From assembly GCA_965242865.1 (NCBI GenBank), contig CBDETK010000013.1:5184001-5248000 (forward strand): 64,000 nucleotides of DNA, in the 5' to 3' direction. Each line of letters opens with the position of its first letter. Positions within the stretch are counted from its first letter, which is position 1. Positions 38,809 through 48,690 of the stretch are shown here, one piece after another. The notes below the pieces were generated by a model. The model did no database searches and was not told where the DNA came from. It saw only the letters and a program-made list of their open reading frames with translations. A program made the position numbers and the translations under genes. Origin of the DNA: Candidatus Latescibacterota bacterium (lineage in GTDB: Bacteria; Latescibacterota; UBA2968; UBA8231).

Positions 38809-39174
38809 ATGCCCAACGACGCACTCCGCCTGCGTAACATGCGCTTTTTTGCCTATCACGGGCTGTTCCCCGAAGAGACCGCGCTCGGCCAGCACTACGA
38901 AGTCGATGTGGAACTCTACGGCGACTTTCGCCGAGCGGGGCGCAACGACGACATAGACGCGGCGATCAACTATCCAGAAGTGTACTCGCTGGTGGCCGCG
39001 GCCGTAACCGGCGAGCCTTGCAAGTTGGTCGAAGCCCTGGCCGAGCGCATCGCCGAGCAGGTGGGTGCCCACTGCGCCCCGATCGAGCTCGTCGTCCGCG
39101 TCCGCAAGCCCAACCCGCCGATAGCCGCACATTTCGACGGCATTGAAGTCGAAATACACCGCTCCTATGCCTGA
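38809..39174 (+). CDS. folB: Dihydroneopterin aldolase
   Basis: FFAYHG...EE..LGQ, INY, LVEALAERIA, VRKP. Confidence 0.93.
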   Translation: MPNDALRLRNMRFFAYHGLFPEETALGQHYEVDVELYGDFRRAGRNDDIDAAINYPEVYSLVAAAVTGEPCKLVEALAERIAEQVGAHCAPIELVVRVRKPNPPIAAHFDGIEVEIHRSYA

Positions 39175-39673
39175 GCGAGCTTATATCGCCATCGGCGGCA
39201 ACCTCGGCAACCGCCGGGCGTACCTCCAAGCCGGAATCAAAGAAGTCGCCGCGCTCCCCGGCACGCGCCTCGCGGCCATCTCCCGCGCCTACGAAACCCA
39301 AGCGGTGGGGCCGGTCGCGCAACCCGATTTCCTCAACGCCGTCTTTGCCATCGAAACCTCGCTCGCGCCCGCGCCCTTGCTCGCGGCCCTGCTCGCCGCA
39401 GAAAAAAAACACCAGCGCCAACGCCGCATTCGCTGGGGGCCGCGCACCCTCGACCTCGATCTGCTTCTCTATGGGGAGCGCACCGTCAACAGCGCGGCCC
39501 TGACCCTGCCGCATCCGCGCATGCACGAGCGCCGCTTTGTGCTGGTGCCCCTCTGCGAAATCGCCCCGCGTCTGCTCCATCCCATCACCGGCCGGCCATT
39601 TGCCGCGTACCTCGCCGCACTCGCTGGCGACGGAGACGCCCGCGCCGTGGCTCCTCTCGCCCCTATCCCATGA
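39167..39673 (+). CDS. folK: HPPK (6-hydroxymethyl-7,8-dihydropterin pyrophosphokinase)
   Basis: IAIGGNLG, FLNAV, RWGPRTLDLDLL, LPHP..HERRFVLVPL. Confidence 0.96.
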   Translation: MPERAYIAIGGNLGNRRAYLQAGIKEVAALPGTRLAAISRAYETQAVGPVAQPDFLNAVFAIETSLAPAPLLAALLAAEKKHQRQRRIRWGPRTLDLDLLLYGERTVNSAALTLPHPRMHERRFVLVPLCEIAPRLLHPITGRPFAAYLAALAGDGDARAVAPLAPIP

Positions 39674-40518
39674 ACCGCATCCACACAGTCGCCGCAATGC
39701 AGGCTCAGGCCGATGCTTGGCGCAGTGCTGGCCGGTGCATTGGGCTGGTGCCGACGATGGGGTTTTTGCACGAGGGGCACCTCAGTTTGGTCGATCACAG
39801 CCTCAACGCCGCAGACCGCACGGTCGTCAGCATCTTTGTCAACCCACTGCAATTCGGGCCGCAAGAAGATTTCGCTGTCTATCCACGCGATCTAGAGCGC
39901 GATCTCGACTTGCTGACTCGCCGCGGGGTGGATGCGGTTTTCCTTCCCAAACCAGCGGAATTCTATCCCGCCGATTTCTCGACCTTCGTCGGAGTCGAAG
40001 CACTAACCAAAAGCCTGTGCGGCCCCTTCCGCCCCGGGCACTTCCGCGGCGTCACGACCGTAGTGACCAAGCTGTTCACCGCCGTCAAACCGCACCTAGC
40101 TGTCTTTGGCCAGAAAGACTATCAGCAGGCGGCTATCATTAGTCGGTTGGTGCGCGATTTGAACCTAGACTTGCGCGTCGAGGTCGCTCCCACCGTGCGC
40201 GAGGCAGATGGCTTGGCCATGAGCTCGCGCAACATCCTTCTCAGCGCCGAAGAACGGTCGCGGGCATCGGCCCTGTACGACGCCCTTACCCTAGGACGAG
40301 ACCGGATCAAACACGGCGAGCGCGACGCCAGCCGGATTATAGCCGAGCTGCGGGCGCACATCGAGCGCGAGCTTAACCCGCGCATCGACTACATTGCGAT
40401 CGCCCATCCTGACACCCTCGAAGAAGTGGCCCACATCGCCGGCCCGGTCGTCATCGCCCTCGCCGTGTGCCTATCCAACGTCCGGCTGATCGACAACATC
40501 ACGGCGGGCCCCAAATGA
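39670..40518 (+). CDS. panC: Pantoate-beta-alanine ligase
   Basis: PTMGFLHEGH, FVNPLQF, RPGHFRGV, FGQKDYQQ, GLAMSSRN, RLIDN. Confidence 0.97.
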   Translation: MNRIHTVAAMQAQADAWRSAGRCIGLVPTMGFLHEGHLSLVDHSLNAADRTVVSIFVNPLQFGPQEDFAVYPRDLERDLDLLTRRGVDAVFLPKPAEFYPADFSTFVGVEALTKSLCGPFRPGHFRGVTTVVTKLFTAVKPHLAVFGQKDYQQAAIISRLVRDLNLDLRVEVAPTVREADGLAMSSRNILLSAEERSRASALYDALTLGRDRIKHGERDASRIIAELRAHIERELNPRIDYIAIAHPDTLEEVAHIAGPVVIALAVCLSNVRLIDNITAGPK

Positions 40519-40544
40519 AAAGGGACGCGCTACGGCGCGTCCCT
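40517..40544 (-). terminator. Intrinsic terminator between convergent genes
   Basis: Perfect 10-bp stem AGGGACGCGC-TACG-GCGCGTCCCT; short T-tract on the minus strand. Confidence 0.7.
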
Positions 40545-40610
40545 CATCGGCCACCCTCTTGGTTTCGGGCGCGGACCTGTGCATGTCAATCTCCTTTCGT
40601 ATTCAGCTTT

Positions 40611-41672
40611 TCAATCAAATAGCGGCGACACTTCTTGGGCCACAGTGTGCGCTGCTTCTTGGAAAAACGCATCGAGAATGGACTCGTCGTCCGGCTCAAA
40701 GTTTCTCATAAAGTTCTGATGAATGATGAGCGTCTTATCCAACACTGCTTCGTCGTTGAGTGCATCCTGTACTACCAACTGCACTTGGCAGCTTAACCTC
40801 TGTCGTTCGGCATTGAAGCGATAGAAGCCGACAACATTGGATCTGTAGAAGCCAATCATGTACCAGTTTACAATGTAATCCAAGGTGTAGCGAATGTCCT
40901 CGGTCGAGGGAGCCGTGGTCCAGCGGACGCGGCGGAACCGTTTGAGCTCGTCCAAGAGGGCCGGTCGGATCGACTCGTGCAGTGCGACTATTTTTCTTTT
41001 CGCCTTCACTTTTGGTAGCGGGGAGATATTAAAAATTCTGAAAAAGGTAGTAGTGTTTGAGCCTCTATATCCTTCAAGTAGTTGATCGACCTTGTCGGAC
41101 AAACCCTGACTGTTGCGCGTCCTGACCAACACCTTAAATCCAGTCGGGACGCTTACCATGTCCTCCTCGGGCGGATCGATTTCCACCGGCGAGCCGACGA
41201 ATGAAACCAGCAGTGCTCTTGTATAATCTACGGCTTGGAACTTGAGCAGCTTGCTTTTGCCCGCCGCTTCGGCGATGAGCGGTTCCAGCCCAACATTCTC
41301 TTCTTTCTTTAACAGGTCGCCGGCCATATCCACGACCCGCACCAAGTACGCCTTGGCCGCGCGCTCAGCAAAATGCTCGCCGTGCAGCGCGAAAAGCTGT
41401 TCGCCGAGAGCCGTGGATTTCTTGCAATGCGTCTTCAGCACTCGCAACAGCGAGACCAAGGAATCCCGGCTCGCGGCAGCCGACAATCGAGACGCGGTAC
41501 TGACCGCCGCGACGAACTCGTCCAACGTGCCCTTATCGTCTTGCTCCATGCGGTCGCGCAACTGCTCCAAAGCCACGCGCACAAAATCCGCCTCTGGTGC
41601 AGAAGTAGCGACAGCACTCGACGCCATGTAGAAAAAGACGCAAGCCGCAATGCGACGCCACGTGTTATTCAT
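40611..41672 (-). CDS. Hypothetical exported protein, lower GC
   Basis: Signal-peptide-like N-terminus; AAGGAG SD; 353-aa ORF with no recognisable family. Confidence 0.65.
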   Translation of the reverse strand: MNNTWRRIAACVFFYMASSAVATSAPEADFVRVALEQLRDRMEQDDKGTLDEFVAAVSTASRLSAAASRDSLVSLLRVLKTHCKKSTALGEQLFALHGEHFAERAAKAYLVRVVDMAGDLLKKEENVGLEPLIAEAAGKSKLLKFQAVDYTRALLVSFVGSPVEIDPPEEDMVSVPTGFKVLVRTRNSQGLSDKVDQLLEGYRGSNTTTFFRIFNISPLPKVKAKRKIVALHESIRPALLDELKRFRRVRWTTAPSTEDIRYTLDYIVNWYMIGFYRSNVVGFYRFNAERQRLSCQVQLVVQDALNDEAVLDKTLIIHQNFMRNFEPDDESILDAFFQEAAHTVAQEVSPLFD

Positions 41673-41780
41673 GCGTCGGTCTCCTTAGCGATGGGTTTGC
41701 GAGAGATGACGGCGCGAGCTAAGTACGCGCCCCTTACTTTGCGTGCGCCCAAACGCGGCGACGACTACAGGGGGTTCCTG

Positions 41781-42569
41781 TCAGAGGGCGGGTTCGGCGG
41801 TTGACAGCTTCGCGCCATTATACGCCCATTGCAAGTGGATATGGCTGGTCAAGTCTTCATAGCTGGGATACCGCTCCAGCGTCCGTTCCCAGCAATGGGG
41901 CGTCAACACGCCCTGCACCGTTTGGTAGCTATTGTAATCCGTGATCCAAGTCGGCGGCAGAAAGCCGGAATTAGCTTGCCTGAACCATTGCGCTTCCTTG
42001 GGCGTCAGCTTTTCTCGGGTCTTGGCCAACAGGGCCGTGCGGCAGTCAAAGAGCGCCTCAAAATAGGGGCCGAACTTCCGGTCATCTACCAACACGACCT
42101 CAAAGCAATCCCCGTCCCTACTGCGCTCTTGGCCGAGGTAATCCAAGGCCACGCCCTCGCCCATAAAGCGGTCAATAAAATGCCACCGAACCGCTTCGCC
42201 CCGGTGGCGCATTGCGGCCAAGTCAGGGGGCAGGATGCCTCGATACCGCCCCCAGCGATCGTCAAAAAGGGCCTCGAATATCCCGCGCTCTCGCTTGGGA
42301 TTTTTGCTCACATAAGACGGGTTGGGGACCGCAGGGTTGAACGAAACCTCTACCTTGTATCTTTCTTTGGTGGCGATAGCGCGATCTCCCCATCCCTCGT
42401 AGTGCCAAGTCGCCACCGGATACAGGTAGGGGGTCACCGGAGGTGAGCCATGGCGTCGCGTCCTTCGGGCGGCAACTGCTCGGCAACTTCGCCAAGCGGA
42501 GCGGATTCGGCGAGTTCCTGCACGAGTTGCGCTGGATCCGCCTCGACAGCCCAGGCGCATCATTTCCAA
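41781..42569 (-). pseudogene. Hypothetical protein, N-terminus probably disrupted
   Basis: C-terminal two thirds look protein-like; the 5' part reads plausibly only in another frame (CAWAVEADPAQLVQELAES..., stop-bounded). Confidence 0.45.
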
Positions 42570-42570
42570 C

Positions 42571-44169
42571 TCACCGCACCAGCATCAACCGGCGGGTCCG
42601 CATTTCCCCGCCGACCTTCAGCACGGCCCAATACGCCCCGCTGGCCACGCGGTCCCCGCGCCACCGCGCCAAATGCTGCCCGGCCGCGAGCCGCTCCGCC
42701 ACCAAAAGGGCCATGCGTTGGCCCAAAGCATTGTAGATCGCCAGCTCGACAGCCGCTTCCCTTGTCAAGCGAAAGGGCAGGTTCACCGCGCTGTTGGCCG
42801 GGTTCGGATAAGCCGGGGCCAAGTCGCTGGCCTCGGACCGCTCCTCTCCCTGCATCGCGATGACCGTGGGCGTGACATACCGGGCCGCGAGAGCAAAATC
42901 TCCGCCCGCCAGCGAGGCTCGGCCGACGATGACCGCGGCGCTATCGGCATCCGCGACCTGCACCTGCCCGGCGTTGGCCGCGTCAAGTTCCATCGCGAGC
43001 AGTTCCCCGCGCTGGTCGCGATGGGCATGCACCCACACGGCATAATGCCCCTCGGACGCACCGGCGAAATCAACGGCTACATCGCCCGCCGAGCGAATGA
43101 CCACATTGACCGCGCCCCATTGGTTGCCAACTTCGCCAGCCAGCACCGCGAAAGGCATCTCGGGCGCAGCCATGGCAGCGGCGCGACGGCCGCGCAGGGC
43201 CTCGTACCCAACCGCGTAGTTGGCCGCGATCCACAGCCGCCAAGCTCCCTCGAAGTTCTCGACCCAGTGTTGGCTTTTGAAGGCGTCGTCAATGCCCAAA
43301 ATGCCGTTGCGCGGCTCGGCGACGATTTGGCGAATCAACTGCGGCCCATAGCGCTCGGCCAAAAACGAGGCGAACAAATAGGTCTTGCCGTAGCTCGCGG
43401 CCTCAAACGTCCAATTCGTTAGATCGACACTGGGATCCGCGAGAAAGCTCGGCACCATGCTCGGATCGGCTTCGGTAGAATCTTCGGGAGAAGCCACGAA
43501 CGTTTCGGCATACCCAGCAAGCCCTTCGTCAATCCAGCGTTCCTCGTCGGCATCTCGGCCCCAGTGGATGAGGTGCTGAAGTTCGTGCGCTAAGGTCGCG
43601 TGGGCGAGGTCGGCCCTGAAGGCCAGCTTGCCCGCGTCGAGGTAAATCGTATCGCGCCGCAATTCGGGCGACGCCCGCTCGTAGAGCCCAGCGTCGAAAT
43701 AACCGGCCACGCGCGCGTCGGGAATGTCCAAGATCAGGATGAAGATGCGGGGGTCGCTGTCCTCATCGGCCGGCTCGCCAAAGGCATCGACCGCCATGGC
43801 AAACACCCCGCGCTCGGGATCGGCCGGGGTCGCCGCGTCAAAAAGCGCGCCTAGCTTATCTACGTCCGGCTGGGCCGCAACGAGGTCCCACTGGCTTTCC
43901 TCGACGAAGATGTAGCAGTGCGTCCCCTTGTAGCGGCAGGTAGCCAACTTGAGCACGGGTTCGGTCGGCACGTAAAAGGCGCGTTGGGTCCCCACCTCAA
44001 TCGGGCCGCGCTCTTGACGGGCGTCGCCGGCCTTGGCGGCTGGCGCGGGAAAGGACGCGCGGTGCTGGTCGAGCCAGCGCGTCCCGCACATTCGCTCTTG
44101 GGCCGCGACCGCCAGCGGCAACGCGAGCAGCCACGTAGCTAAGGCCGCTTGCGAGACGAACGAGGCCAT
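42571..44169 (-). CDS. Secreted zinc metallopeptidase (M30/neutral protease-like) with T9SS type-A/FlgD-like C-terminal domain
   Basis: Signal peptide; TLAHELQHLIH..WIDEGLA; C-terminal YPNPAN..IYNALGQ..SGAY..LMLVR. Confidence 0.8.
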   Translation of the reverse strand: MASFVSQAALATWLLALPLAVAAQERMCGTRWLDQHRASFPAPAAKAGDARQERGPIEVGTQRAFYVPTEPVLKLATCRYKGTHCYIFVEESQWDLVAAQPDVDKLGALFDAATPADPERGVFAMAVDAFGEPADEDSDPRIFILILDIPDARVAGYFDAGLYERASPELRRDTIYLDAGKLAFRADLAHATLAHELQHLIHWGRDADEERWIDEGLAGYAETFVASPEDSTEADPSMVPSFLADPSVDLTNWTFEAASYGKTYLFASFLAERYGPQLIRQIVAEPRNGILGIDDAFKSQHWVENFEGAWRLWIAANYAVGYEALRGRRAAAMAAPEMPFAVLAGEVGNQWGAVNVVIRSAGDVAVDFAGASEGHYAVWVHAHRDQRGELLAMELDAANAGQVQVADADSAAVIVGRASLAGGDFALAARYVTPTVIAMQGEERSEASDLAPAYPNPANSAVNLPFRLTREAAVELAIYNALGQRMALLVAERLAAGQHLARWRGDRVASGAYWAVLKVGGEMRTRRLMLVR

Positions 44170-44774
44170 CAGTAGAAATGCCGCACCACGGAGAAAACCG
44201 CACCGGCCGGCCCCACTGCGACCTTGGGGACGAAGCCTGTATGCGCTTGATCCGCGCCGGCCGTGCGCGCCGCATGAATGGCGGCCACGAGGTGATTGGC
44301 AACCACCAATCCCGTCATGTAAAGTGCCTGCCGCCGCGCCTGCTGGCTCGCATTGCGCAAGGCGCGGTAGCGCTGGCGCGACTCGTCGCGATCCCATTCC
44401 CAGAAGAAGTCCGCGTTCACAGGATAGAGCGCGGCGTCTGGGCCGTCCTCGTAGCGGGCGAACTGGTTGTGCTCCAGCCGGCTCGCATAAAACCCCAAGT
44501 CGTCGAAATAGATGCGCCCCTTGCCCTTGGGCCGTGCGCCCGCATGTTCGGCCGCATGCGCCCGGTACTGATCGCGGCGCACTTGGCCCAACCACTCAAA
44601 GCCCCAATAGCCGCCCCACAGCGCCAATTCAGCGGCCAAGAAGCCACCGCCGCCGCCACGGGCGTATTTCTGCCCCCAACCGGGCACCAATAAGGAGCGC
44701 CAAAACGCCCCTTGGGCCTGCCCGGCCTCCGCCACGCCGGGCAGCAACAAAACCAACGCAATCCAGTGCCACAT
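44169..44774 (-). CDS. Exported/membrane protein, DUF5683-like
   Basis: Signal peptide; AFWRSLLVPGWGQKY; C-terminal NHLVAAIHA. Confidence 0.65.
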   Translation of the reverse strand: MWHWIALVLLLPGVAEAGQAQGAFWRSLLVPGWGQKYARGGGGGFLAAELALWGGYWGFEWLGQVRRDQYRAHAAEHAGARPKGKGRIYFDDLGFYASRLEHNQFARYEDGPDAALYPVNADFFWEWDRDESRQRYRALRNASQQARRQALYMTGLVVANHLVAAIHAARTAGADQAHTGFVPKVAVGPAGAVFSVVRHFY

Positions 44775-44778
44775 CAGC

Positions 44779-45696
44779 TCAATCCAATGGCTTGTACGCG
44801 ACGAGCATGGGCACGCGCTGCATGACCACTGCGAAGCGCGTCCGCTGCTGCAGGGCCGCTTCGCCCGCGCCGGCCGCCCGCGCCCGCGCCACCCGCGCCG
44901 CGTCAATGGCACTGATAACGTGATTGATCAGGATAACTCCGCTTACCGTGGAGGCTCGCTTGAGAAAGCGATTGCTGTCGTTGCGTTGGCCTTCGTAGCG
45001 CAGCCGGCGCTCGGAATGGAAATTTTCGACGGAATCGACTTCGGCCCACCCGACGGGATTGCCCGTGCCGCGCCGGACTACATCGTCCCAACCCGCTACA
45101 AATTGGTCGTATTTGCCGATCAACTCGTAGTATTGCTGGACCTCGCTCGACGCACACCCGCCAAAAGCCGCACTCCTATCTAACGCGCCCGATTCTTCCC
45201 CCGCCCGTAGCTGACTTAACCAGTCTCTGCGCGCCGGAACGTAGAACTTTTCTACGTGTTCGCCGCAGGGAAGCTCGTGCGTGATCGACGAATTGTCCGA
45301 GATCGTCGAGGTGCGCCAAGCGATGTATTCTTCTGGATCCCAGTGTTCGTCGGCCACGGCCCGGAACTCTTTCTCTAGGTCGTTGCCCTTGCTCCGCCAA
45401 GCCGCCCACAAGCCCACCAGCGCAGCTTCGGCCCCCAAGAACGCCAACCCCCGCTTCTTCGACCCCGCGTACCACTCGCCCAACCCCGGCACCAGCGCAG
45501 AGAGCAAAAACGCCCGCTTCGACGACTTGCCCTGGCGCGTTTCCACGTGCGGTGCTGGTGCCGGTTCAGCGTCGCTGTCCGCCGCCCGCAGCCCCACCAA
45601 GAACGCCTGCCCTTCCTCGCTCAAAATACTCGGCAATCCCTCGGCCCAGACGCTAGTGGCCGTTAGCATCACCAGCGCGATTCCTGTCCTCGTCAT
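44779..45696 (-). CDS. Exported/membrane protein, DUF5683-like (paralogous architecture)
   Basis: AFLLSALVPGLGEWY; QYYELIGKYDQF..GW; NHVISAIDA. Confidence 0.65.
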   Translation of the reverse strand: MTRTGIALVMLTATSVWAEGLPSILSEEGQAFLVGLRAADSDAEPAPAPHVETRQGKSSKRAFLLSALVPGLGEWYAGSKKRGLAFLGAEAALVGLWAAWRSKGNDLEKEFRAVADEHWDPEEYIAWRTSTISDNSSITHELPCGEHVEKFYVPARRDWLSQLRAGEESGALDRSAAFGGCASSEVQQYYELIGKYDQFVAGWDDVVRRGTGNPVGWAEVDSVENFHSERRLRYEGQRNDSNRFLKRASTVSGVILINHVISAIDAARVARARAAGAGEAALQQRTRFAVVMQRVPMLVAYKPLD

Positions 45697-45793
45697 GCTC
45701 GCTCCTTTCTACATTTGCGTATTATGACTTGCAGCCTCTGGACATTGTGTCCCCGCATCCTTCCCCTTGTGTCCCCGCGTCCTCCCCCTAGTC

Positions 45794-45846
45794 GTCACTT
45801 CCGCAAAAGAACGTCACCTCGTGCCCTGACATGGGGCGGGAATCCA
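45794..45846 (+). repeat. Composite REP-like element, family B copy 3 (diverged)
   Basis: GTCACTTCCGCAAAAGAACGTCACCTCGTGCCCTGACATGGGGCGGGAATCCA. Confidence 0.75.
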
Positions 45847-45869
45847 CCCAATCATACAGCCCGCTGTCA

Positions 45870-47102
45870 TTATCGCAAATACGCCCGCTCCACCTTGGCA
45901 AACGCCTCCGCAATATCCGCCACCTCTTGCGCGGCAAAATTCTCGTGAATCGACAGAATGAAATGGCTCTCAACCGCGGCGACGGCGTTGGGGCAGGCAA
46001 ACTGGGCATTGCGGTCTCCCCGATAGGCCGGCAATCCCCACGGATAGTCGCTGCCCGGAAAAACCCGCCGCTCCTTAAACCAGATCGCCTCGGAGGGGAT
46101 ATAGCGATACGTGGCCGTCACCGGAATGCCCTCGGCGGCCACGGCCCGGGCAAAGCCGTCTTTTCCCACCCGGAGCTTGGCCGCATCTACGCGAAAGCGC
46201 ATAAACCAGTACGCGCCCTCGGACTCAGGCACCTGCCACCCCAGCCGCACCGCTTGGCACTCGGCAATAGCCGCGGCGATCTGCGCGGCCACCCGCCGCC
46301 GCTGGGCGACCATCGCATCGAGCTTTTTCAGTTGCACCCGCCCAATGGCGGCCGACAGGTCGTTGCCGTTGAGATTGAGCCCGGCGCGCACGTTGGAGGC
46401 CGCATCCGCATTAAAGGGCTTGCCCCGGTCGGCAAAGCGCTTGGCCTCCCAGCAAAGTTCTTGGTCGCGGGTAAAGACTACCCCGCCCTGCGGCCCGGTG
46501 GCGTGGTGCTTGCCGCTCATGGTCGAAAAGGCCGCCACCGTGCCCAGCGATCCCGCTAGCTGGCCCTTGTAGCACGCCCCGTGGGCTTGGGCGCAATCCT
46601 CAACGACCGGGATGCCGCGCTCCGCGGCGAGCGCCAGAATCGGCGTCATATCCGCGGGCTCGCCGGCAATGTGGGCCACGACAATGGCGCGGGTGTGGGG
46701 CGTTAGCACAGCCTCGATCTGGGCGGCTCCAGCGTTGAACGACCCCGGCGCGGCATCGGCGACCACGGGCACTTGGCACAACAGGGCCGCAGGCATGGCC
46801 CCACCCGGGTCCGTAATCGGCGGAATTACGACCTCGCCAGCCGCTGCGAGCTTTAAGGCCCCCAATGCCGCGTAGAGTGCCGCAGTACCCGAGTTGACCA
46901 AATCGGCGTAGCCGCCCCCCATAAACGCGGCAAACTCCCGCTCGTAAGCCAATTCCTCCGGCCCACTGTAGCCGATCGCCTCGCCGCTCGCCTGCGCCGC
47001 CGAGAACATCCCCAGCGCGGCTTGGCGTTCCTCAGCCCCAAAAAGATGCCGCTTGGGAAATGGCGTCTCGCGGACCTTGGGGCCTCCGTCTATTGCCAAC
47101 AT
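45870..47102 (-). CDS. DegT/DnrJ/EryC1/StrS PLP aminotransferase
   Basis: NSGTAAL, VEDCAQAHGA, FSTMSGKH, GGVV. Confidence 0.9.
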   Translation of the reverse strand: MLAIDGGPKVRETPFPKRHLFGAEERQAALGMFSAAQASGEAIGYSGPEELAYEREFAAFMGGGYADLVNSGTAALYAALGALKLAAAGEVVIPPITDPGGAMPAALLCQVPVVADAAPGSFNAGAAQIEAVLTPHTRAIVVAHIAGEPADMTPILALAAERGIPVVEDCAQAHGACYKGQLAGSLGTVAAFSTMSGKHHATGPQGGVVFTRDQELCWEAKRFADRGKPFNADAASNVRAGLNLNGNDLSAAIGRVQLKKLDAMVAQRRRVAAQIAAAIAECQAVRLGWQVPESEGAYWFMRFRVDAAKLRVGKDGFARAVAAEGIPVTATYRYIPSEAIWFKERRVFPGSDYPWGLPAYRGDRNAQFACPNAVAAVESHFILSIHENFAAQEVADIAEAFAKVERAYLR

Positions 47103-47306
47103 TTGACTCCTCCCTTCCTAAACCGCGGCGGCCTTGCGCCGCCCCAGTGCAATGGTACGCGCCGCGCTTTCATCTCGGTCCCAGTCCAGACCGCCGGCAC
47201 TCCGCAAGTGCCGTTTGCCGACCTTGCCACTGGCGCGAGCGAGCGACACGCCAGTAATTTAGCCAGACCGCACCGCTCGCCGCTTACAACGTACACCGCT
47301 CCCGAT

Positions 47307-47670
47307 TTGCCCAAAAGACACGATCCCTATTCCAGCCTGCGCGTCCCGCTCTTCCGGCGCTATCTCATCGCCTCCTCGCTAGTGCGGCTGGGTACGGCCG
47401 CCCAAGGTTTGGCCATCGGTTGGGAGGTGTACGACCGCACCGGCCAAGCCCTCTCCCTCGGCATGGTCGGCCTCGTCCAAGCCATCCCCATGCTGCTCTT
47501 GACCCTGCCCGCCGGGTATTTAGCCGATGTCTTCGACCGCCGCAAGCTCATGATGCTCAGCCTAGCCGGCGCGACCCTCTGCTCGCTGCCCTTGGCCGCC
47601 TTTAGCTGGTATCAGATGCCGGTCCTTTGGATGTACTGGCTGCTCTTTTTGGACTCGTCCTTCCGCCGCC
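47307..47670 (+). pseudogene. MFS transporter, N-terminal fragment truncated by IS activity
   Basis: FRRY..AIGWEVYDRTG..LGMVGLVQAIP..AGYLADVFDRRKL (MFS motif A), then an abrupt break. Confidence 0.85.
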
Positions 47671-47691
47671 TAGATACCAACGCCACAATAG

Positions 47692-48580
47692 TAACTAATG
47701 GTGCTAGTGTTTTACAATCCGAACTCGGCGATAGACAATGGGACGAATCCGTTTTCATCGGGTTGGAATCCATGCCACTGCACCAGCAGGTTGAAGGCGG
47801 CCATGGCGAAGCGGAGATGGGCGGTGAAATACGCCCACGCTCGATGGGTCTGCTGCTTAAAGCGGCGGGTTCGGGTGAGCATGGAAAAGACGGTCTCAAT
47901 GAGCATCCGCTCGTTCCACGTGTTGCGAGGACAGACTTTCAGGTTGGCCGGATTACCGGCTTGGGCATGAAAGCCTGGGTCGCTGAAGAGGATCATCTGC
48001 TGTTGGAAGCGTCGGATCATCGGATGAAAGACCGTATCGTGGACTTATGCCGTATTCCAATCCCAATCGACGATCCGGCCCCACTGATTGACGATAACGC
48101 AGAGCTTACCGCCGACGATCCAACGATGATTGGAGAGCCCTTTCTTCCCAATGGCGTGCTGCGCCCGGCCTTGACGCACCGGATGGCGCAACTCAATGCC
48201 ATAGCTGTCGACCACCCCCAATGTCGTCGGCGCGGCGCGGAAGCGGTCGGTCCACTCGGCATGAGCGGCGAATAAGCGAAACAAGCGGGTGCGCGATGGT
48301 AGGCGCGGGAACCAAGTGTGCCAGTCCCGCACCAGCCCGTGGTAAAATGCCCGTTTACCCCCGCCTTTGAGCGCATACAACACCCCTAAGGTGACCACCT
48401 CACTAGGAATAAGGACGCTTGCGGGTGTTTGGGCACGTCAAGCATTTGATTGTCGATTCGGTAGAACAGGGCTATTATAAACTCGGCCGTGGTCGTCGGA
48501 ACGCTCCTGGGCTGAAAGGTTAGATACTCTCAGCGTAGGAACTACTTTGACCACGGTCAACATACTAGCACCATTAGTTA
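47692..48580 (-). mobile_element. IS982-like element with disrupted transposase
   Basis: Perfect 17-bp terminal IRs TAACTAATGGTGCTAGT (47692-47708 / 48564-48580); split ORFs with FPRLPSRTRLFR, VVDSYGIE, GGKL, SDPGF, ERMLIETVFS. Confidence 0.8.
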
Positions 48581-48690
48581 ATAAGGAACCGCGCCCACCG
48601 CAGGGCCAAAAACCTGGCGACGCAGGTGCTGTAGCCCATTTATCGAAAGTTCATAACATATTATTTTATATGACCTTATATATTCTTTTC

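Noticed and set aside
47022-48275. 417-aa ORF as a novel MFS fusion
   Set aside because: It is read-through from the truncated MFS gene into the antisense strand of an IS transposase
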